Source: Candidatus Eiseniibacteriota bacterium (GTDB lineage: Bacteria > Eisenbacteria > RBG-16-71-46). Taken from it: DNA of 64,000 bases. Below, piece after piece: positions 60,292-64,000 of this stretch. The position numbers and the translations under genes are program-made. Location: positions 32,001-96,000 of the forward strand of contig JBGAML010000015.1 of assembly GCA_044223005.1 (NCBI GenBank), read 5' to 3'. Every line of letters begins with the position of its first letter. Position 1 is the stretch's first letter. The notes under the pieces were generated by a model. That model did no database searches, was not told the origin of the DNA, and was given only the letters and a program-made list of their open reading frames with translations.

Positions 60292-62946
60292 CTACTTCAC
60301 GACCTGGTAGATCCGCCCGGTCGCGCCCGGCAGCGGCAGCTTCGCCTTGCCGGTCCACGTGGCCGCGGCGCCCGTCATGGCGTCGACGACCTTCACCGTG
60401 CCGCCCCAGCGGGCGAGGTCCAGTGACACCTCGGCGGGCTGCCGGCCGGCGTTCATCACGACGACGAACTCCTCGCCGGCCGCCTTGCGCGCGTACGCGT
60501 AGGTCATGCCGTCGGCCGCCAGCGTCGCGAACGAGCCGGTGCGCAGCGCGGCGTGCGCGTTGCGGAGCGCGCCGAGCTTCGCGTACCAGTCGTGCATCGC
60601 CTTGCGCTTCGCGTCCTGCTCCCAGCTCCACGGGAACGGGCGCCGGCAGTCGGGATCGCGCTGGCCTTCCAGCGCCACCTCGTCGCCGTAGTAGATCGAC
60701 GGCGCGCCGATGTAGGTCATCTGGAAGAGCGCGGCCAGCATGAGCCGGTTCACGTCGCCGCCGGCCTGGGTCAGGAAGCGGACCGTGTCGTGGCTGTCGA
60801 TCAGGTTCATCTGCGCTTCGACGGCCTGGCTCGGGTAGGCGAGCCGGCCCGTGGCGAGCGCGGCGTCGAACTCCGCGGCCGAACCCTGCGCGCTGGCGAC
60901 GAACTTGAGCACCGGGTCGCGGAAGTAGGCGTAGTTCATGACGGCGTCGTACACGCCGGGGCGCACGTACTCGGTCGCGTTCCCCCACAGCTCGCCGATG
61001 ATGTACGCGTCGGGCTTCACCGACTTCACGCGCTGGTTGAAGAGCTTCCAGAACCAGAACGGCACCTCGTTGGGCACGTCGAGCCGCACGCCGTCCACGT
61101 CCGCGTCGTGCAGCCAGTACGCGGTCGTGTCCAGCAGGTAGCGGACGAGCGACACGTTGGGCTGCGCGTCCTTCACGTCCTTCACCGGGATCTCGGCCTT
61201 GTCGTCGCGCGACAGGTCGAAGTTCAGGTCCGGCAGGTCGCCGTAGCCCCACCAGCACGTGTAGTAGTCGCCCGGCTTCCACGCGTGGTCCACGGCGGGC
61301 CAGCCCGCGGGCAGCGGCCACTTCTTGAACTCGAACCAGCTCCAGTACGGGCTCTTGTCGCCCTTCTCGACCGCGTCGCGGAAGGCGAAGTTCGAGTTGC
61401 CGCAGTGGTTGTAGACGATGTCGAGGATCACGCGGATGCCCTTCGCGTGTGCCTCCTTCACGAACGTGACGAACTCGGCGTTCGAGCCGAAGTGCGGATC
61501 GATCTTGCCGTAGTCGGCGGCGTCGTACTTGTGCGTCGACTTGGCCTCGAAGATCGGGTTGAAGTAGATGATCGTGACCCCGAGCCCCTTCAGGTAGTCG
61601 AGCTTCTGGCGCACGCCCTCGATGTCGCCGCCGTAGAACGCCATCCAGTCGCGGTGGTCGGGCGTGTGCGGGCACTGCGTCAGCGCCGCGACGTCGTTCC
61701 AGTCCTTGACGAGGTGGTAGTACTCCTGGAAGTCGGTGTTCAGCACGCCGGACGCCGGCAACGCGCGCTTGCCCTCGTAGTACCACTCGTGGAAGTCCGG
61801 ATCGTTCGCCGGGTTCCCGTTGCGGAACCGGTCGGGGAAGATCTGGTAGATGATGCCGTTCTTCACCCAGTCGGGGGTCACGAAGGGCGTGAACTTCGCG
61901 GCGTCGAACGTGAACTTCGCGGCCGGTGCGTCCGCGAGGCCGCCGGCTCCGAGCCACACGGGCTTCACGCCGTCGCGGTAGCGGAACGCGTAGGGCGTCG
62001 CACCCGCGGGCATGACGACCTCGGCGCGGAAGTACTCGTAGCTCTTGTCCTGGTTGACCGGCGCCATCGGGGTGACGACTTCCTTGCCCGCGCGCCAGGT
62101 GACCAGGTCCACGCCCTGCACGTCGTCGAGGTGGGCGCGGGCCGTGAACTGCACCCGGCCGCCGCCCATCGCGTTGACCTCGTTGGCCGCCTGCGTGTGC
62201 GCGATGCCGTCCGCGAACACCTTGCCGTCGCCCTTCTTCACGGCGATCGACGCGTAGCGGTCGTCGACGTTGCGGATCGAGTTCTTGCCGCCGTAGCCGT
62301 CGTCGGCGTCGGCGTCCTGGCCGGCCTTGTCCTGCGTCCAGCCGCCGGAACCGATCACGAACTTGTACTGGTAGCTGCCCGGCGCCAGCAGGAGCGTGGT
62401 GCTGTAGCGCCCCTCGGCATCGGGGCCCGTGAGGATCGTCTTGCCGACGCCCCAGTCGTTGAACGTGCCGGCCAGCGAGATCGGGTCGGAGGTGGGCTTG
62501 TCGGGCTTGAACGTGAACGGCACGCTGCGCAGGCCCATCTTGGGCGCCACGACCTTCTTCACGGTCGTGCCGTAGCCCACGACGAGTGGCTGGGCCGCCA
62601 CCACGACGACGGCGTTCTGGCCGCCGTAGCCGTCCGGCTCGGACTCGGCCGCGGACTCGTCGGTCATCCACTGGTCGCCGTTGACGACGAACTTGTAGGT
62701 GACGCGGCCGGGCGCGAGGTCGTAGTCGGCGCTCCAGATGCCGTCCTTGTCGTCGTCCTTGAGCGGGTGATCGCTGGCGTTCCAGCCATTGAAGCTGCCG
62801 GCGACGGTGACGGACGTCACGCCGCCGATCACGGGCTGGTAGCGGAAGGTGACCTGGGTGGCCTCTGCGGAGCCCACGCCGACGAGCGCGGCCGCGAGCA
62901 CGAGGCCGAGCGCCGCGAGCGCGGCGCGCGGACGGAAGAGCTTCAT
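60292..62946 (-). CDS. Exported GH13 alpha-amylase/neopullulanase-type enzyme with two N-terminal AMPK-beta/CBM48-like domains
   Basis: Signal peptide AEA; YQIFPDRF, GGDIEG, DGVRLDV (nucleophile), IGELW, DSHDT, IYYGDE, DPDCRR. Confidence 0.93.
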   Translation of the reverse strand: MKLFRPRAALAALGLVLAAALVGVGSAEATQVTFRYQPVIGGVTSVTVAGSFNGWNASDHPLKDDDKDGIWSADYDLAPGRVTYKFVVNGDQWMTDESAAESEPDGYGGQNAVVVVAAQPLVVGYGTTVKKVVAPKMGLRSVPFTFKPDKPTSDPISLAGTFNDWGVGKTILTGPDAEGRYSTTLLLAPGSYQYKFVIGSGGWTQDKAGQDADADDGYGGKNSIRNVDDRYASIAVKKGDGKVFADGIAHTQAANEVNAMGGGRVQFTARAHLDDVQGVDLVTWRAGKEVVTPMAPVNQDKSYEYFRAEVVMPAGATPYAFRYRDGVKPVWLGAGGLADAPAAKFTFDAAKFTPFVTPDWVKNGIIYQIFPDRFRNGNPANDPDFHEWYYEGKRALPASGVLNTDFQEYYHLVKDWNDVAALTQCPHTPDHRDWMAFYGGDIEGVRQKLDYLKGLGVTIIYFNPIFEAKSTHKYDAADYGKIDPHFGSNAEFVTFVKEAHAKGIRVILDIVYNHCGNSNFAFRDAVEKGDKSPYWSWFEFKKWPLPAGWPAVDHAWKPGDYYTCWWGYGDLPDLNFDLSRDDKAEIPVKDVKDAQPNVSLVRYLLDTTAYWLHDADVDGVRLDVPNEVPFWFWKLFNQRVKSVKPDAYIIGELWGNATEYVRPGVYDAVMNYAYFRDPVLKFVASAQGSAAEFDAALATGRLAYPSQAVEAQMNLIDSHDTVRFLTQAGGDVNRLMLAALFQMTYIGAPSIYYGDEVALEGQRDPDCRRPFPWSWEQDAKRKAMHDWYAKLGALRNAHAALRTGSFATLAADGMTYAYARKAAGEEFVVVMNAGRQPAEVSLDLARWGGTVKVVDAMTGAAATWTGKAKLPLPGATGRIYQVVK

Positions 62947-62995
62947 CGCGACATCTCCCGGGAAAAGCGCCGGCGCGGACGCGGCGGCGCGGGCG

Positions 62996-63030
62996 AAACG
63001 AAAAGGCGCCGGGCCGTGCGGCCCGGCGCC
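62996..63030 (-). terminator. Intrinsic terminator after the tandem-CBM gene
   Basis: Minus strand GGCGCCGGGCCG-CA-CGGCCCGGCGCC followed by TTTTCGTTT. Confidence 0.8.
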
Positions 63031-63040
63031 CGAGTTCACT

Positions 63041-64000
63041 CTACTTCACCGTGACGACGCTGTTCTTGCCGCCGAAGCCGTCGTCTTTCGCCTGGGGATT
63101 GCCCTCGTCCTGCTTCCAGTTCGAGCCGTCGACGAGGAATTTGTACCCGTACGTGCCGGCCGCGAGCTTGCGCGTGACCGTCCACGTGCCGTCGGGCTGC
63201 TGCGTCATCGGGTCCGCCGTGGTCGCCCAGTTGTTGAAATCGCCGCAGAGGGCGACGCCCGTCTTCGCGGGGCCGGCGTACGTGAAAACGACGCCGTTCG
63301 CCGTCGGCTGCGGGGGCGTCGGATGCGCGCCCGCCGCGAGCGGCTTGATCGCGCCGGCCGGGGCTGCCGCCGCTGCCGCCGCCGCGGGAGCCGCGGCCGC
63401 CGCACCGTCGCCGACCACGACGAGGGAGTTCTTGCCGCCGTAGCCGTCGTCGACGAACTCCTTGGCGTTCGGATCTTCCTTCCACGTGCCGCCGTCGACG
63501 ACGAACTTGTACTGGTACTTGCCGGCGGGGAGGGACTTGGTGAGCGTGAAGGAGCCGTCGGCCTGCTTCTGCATCGGGTCGGCCGAGGTGCTCCACGAGT
63601 TGAACTCGCCCGCGAGGTTCACGGTGTTGCCGCCGCCCGTGTACTTGAACACGACGCCGTTCGCCGTCACGGCCGGCGCGGTGCCCGTCGCCGCGGGCTT
63701 CGCTGCCGGGGCCGCGGCCGCTGCGGCCGGAGCCGCCGCCGCGCCCTCGCCGACCACCACGACGGCGTTCTTGCCGCCGTAGCCGTCGTCGGCGAACTCC
63801 TTGGCGTTCGGATCTTCCTTCCACGTGCCGCCGTCGACGACGAACTTGTACTGGTACTTGCCGGCGGGGAGGGACTTGGTGAGCGTGAAGGAGCCGTCGG
63901 CCTGTTTCTGCATCGGGTCGGCCGAGGTGCTCCAGGAGTTGAACTCGCCCGCGAGGTTCACGGTGTTGCCGCCGCCCGTGTACTTGAACACGACGCCGTT
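63041..64000 (-). CDS. Protein with at least three tandem AMPK-beta/CBM48-like glycogen-binding domains (5' truncated by window edge)
   Basis: Repeated LAGEFNSW...GKYQYKFVVDG...DDGYGGKN modules joined by Ala/Pro linkers. Confidence 0.9.
   Translation of the reverse strand, partial: NGVVFKYTGGGNTVNLAGEFNSWSTSADPMQKQADGSFTLTKSLPAGKYQYKFVVDGGTWKEDPNAKEFADDGYGGKNAVVVVGEGAAAAPAAAAAAPAAKPAATGTAPAVTANGVVFKYTGGGNTVNLAGEFNSWSTSADPMQKQADGSFTLTKSLPAGKYQYKFVVDGGTWKEDPNAKEFVDDGYGGKNSLVVVGDGAAAAAPAAAAAAAAPAGAIKPLAAGAHPTPPQPTANGVVFTYAGPAKTGVALCGDFNNWATTADPMTQQPDGTWTVTRKLAAGTYGYKFLVDGSNWKQDEGNPQAKDDGFGGKNSVVTVK
63428..64000. repeat. Near-identical intragenic direct repeat, period 339 nt
   Basis: 63428-63661 matches 63767-64000 with three mismatches by eye. 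Confidence 0.92.

Overview
A very GC-rich, gene-dense bacterial segment. Many secreted proteins carry a FlgD-Ig-like or a '(S/T)(W/F)GALKAx(W/Y)R' C-terminus, which suggests an FCB-associated candidate phylum such as Ca. Eisenbacteria (inference only). Most of the window is central carbon and energy metabolism: gnd-zwf-pgl, ndh-sthA-fumC, tal, malQ, tkt-glk, moeB, a complete alternative complex III operon (actABCDEF) followed by tRNA-Leu(UAA), and sucA-sucB-lpdA. Between these lie surface-glycan genes, a PAS hybrid kinase, a patch of secreted proteins, a minor type IV pilin cluster preceded by a sigma54-like site, and the start of an alpha-glucan locus (CBM20-esterase, MalK, multi-CBM GH13 enzyme, tandem-CBM protein). 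I saw no CRISPR array, rRNA or intact mobile element. The best candidates for something undescribed are: (1) a short basic amphipathic C-terminal tail shared by secreted proteins of two unrelated folds, possibly a sorting signal; (2) an exported alpha-glucan system built from repeated AMPK-beta-like CBM modules; (3) a stand-alone transposase-type HTH with an AT-hook; (4) an ActB that keeps the full FS0 cysteine motif; (5) recurrent leaderless-type promoters. All calls come from reading motifs by eye; no database searches were run.
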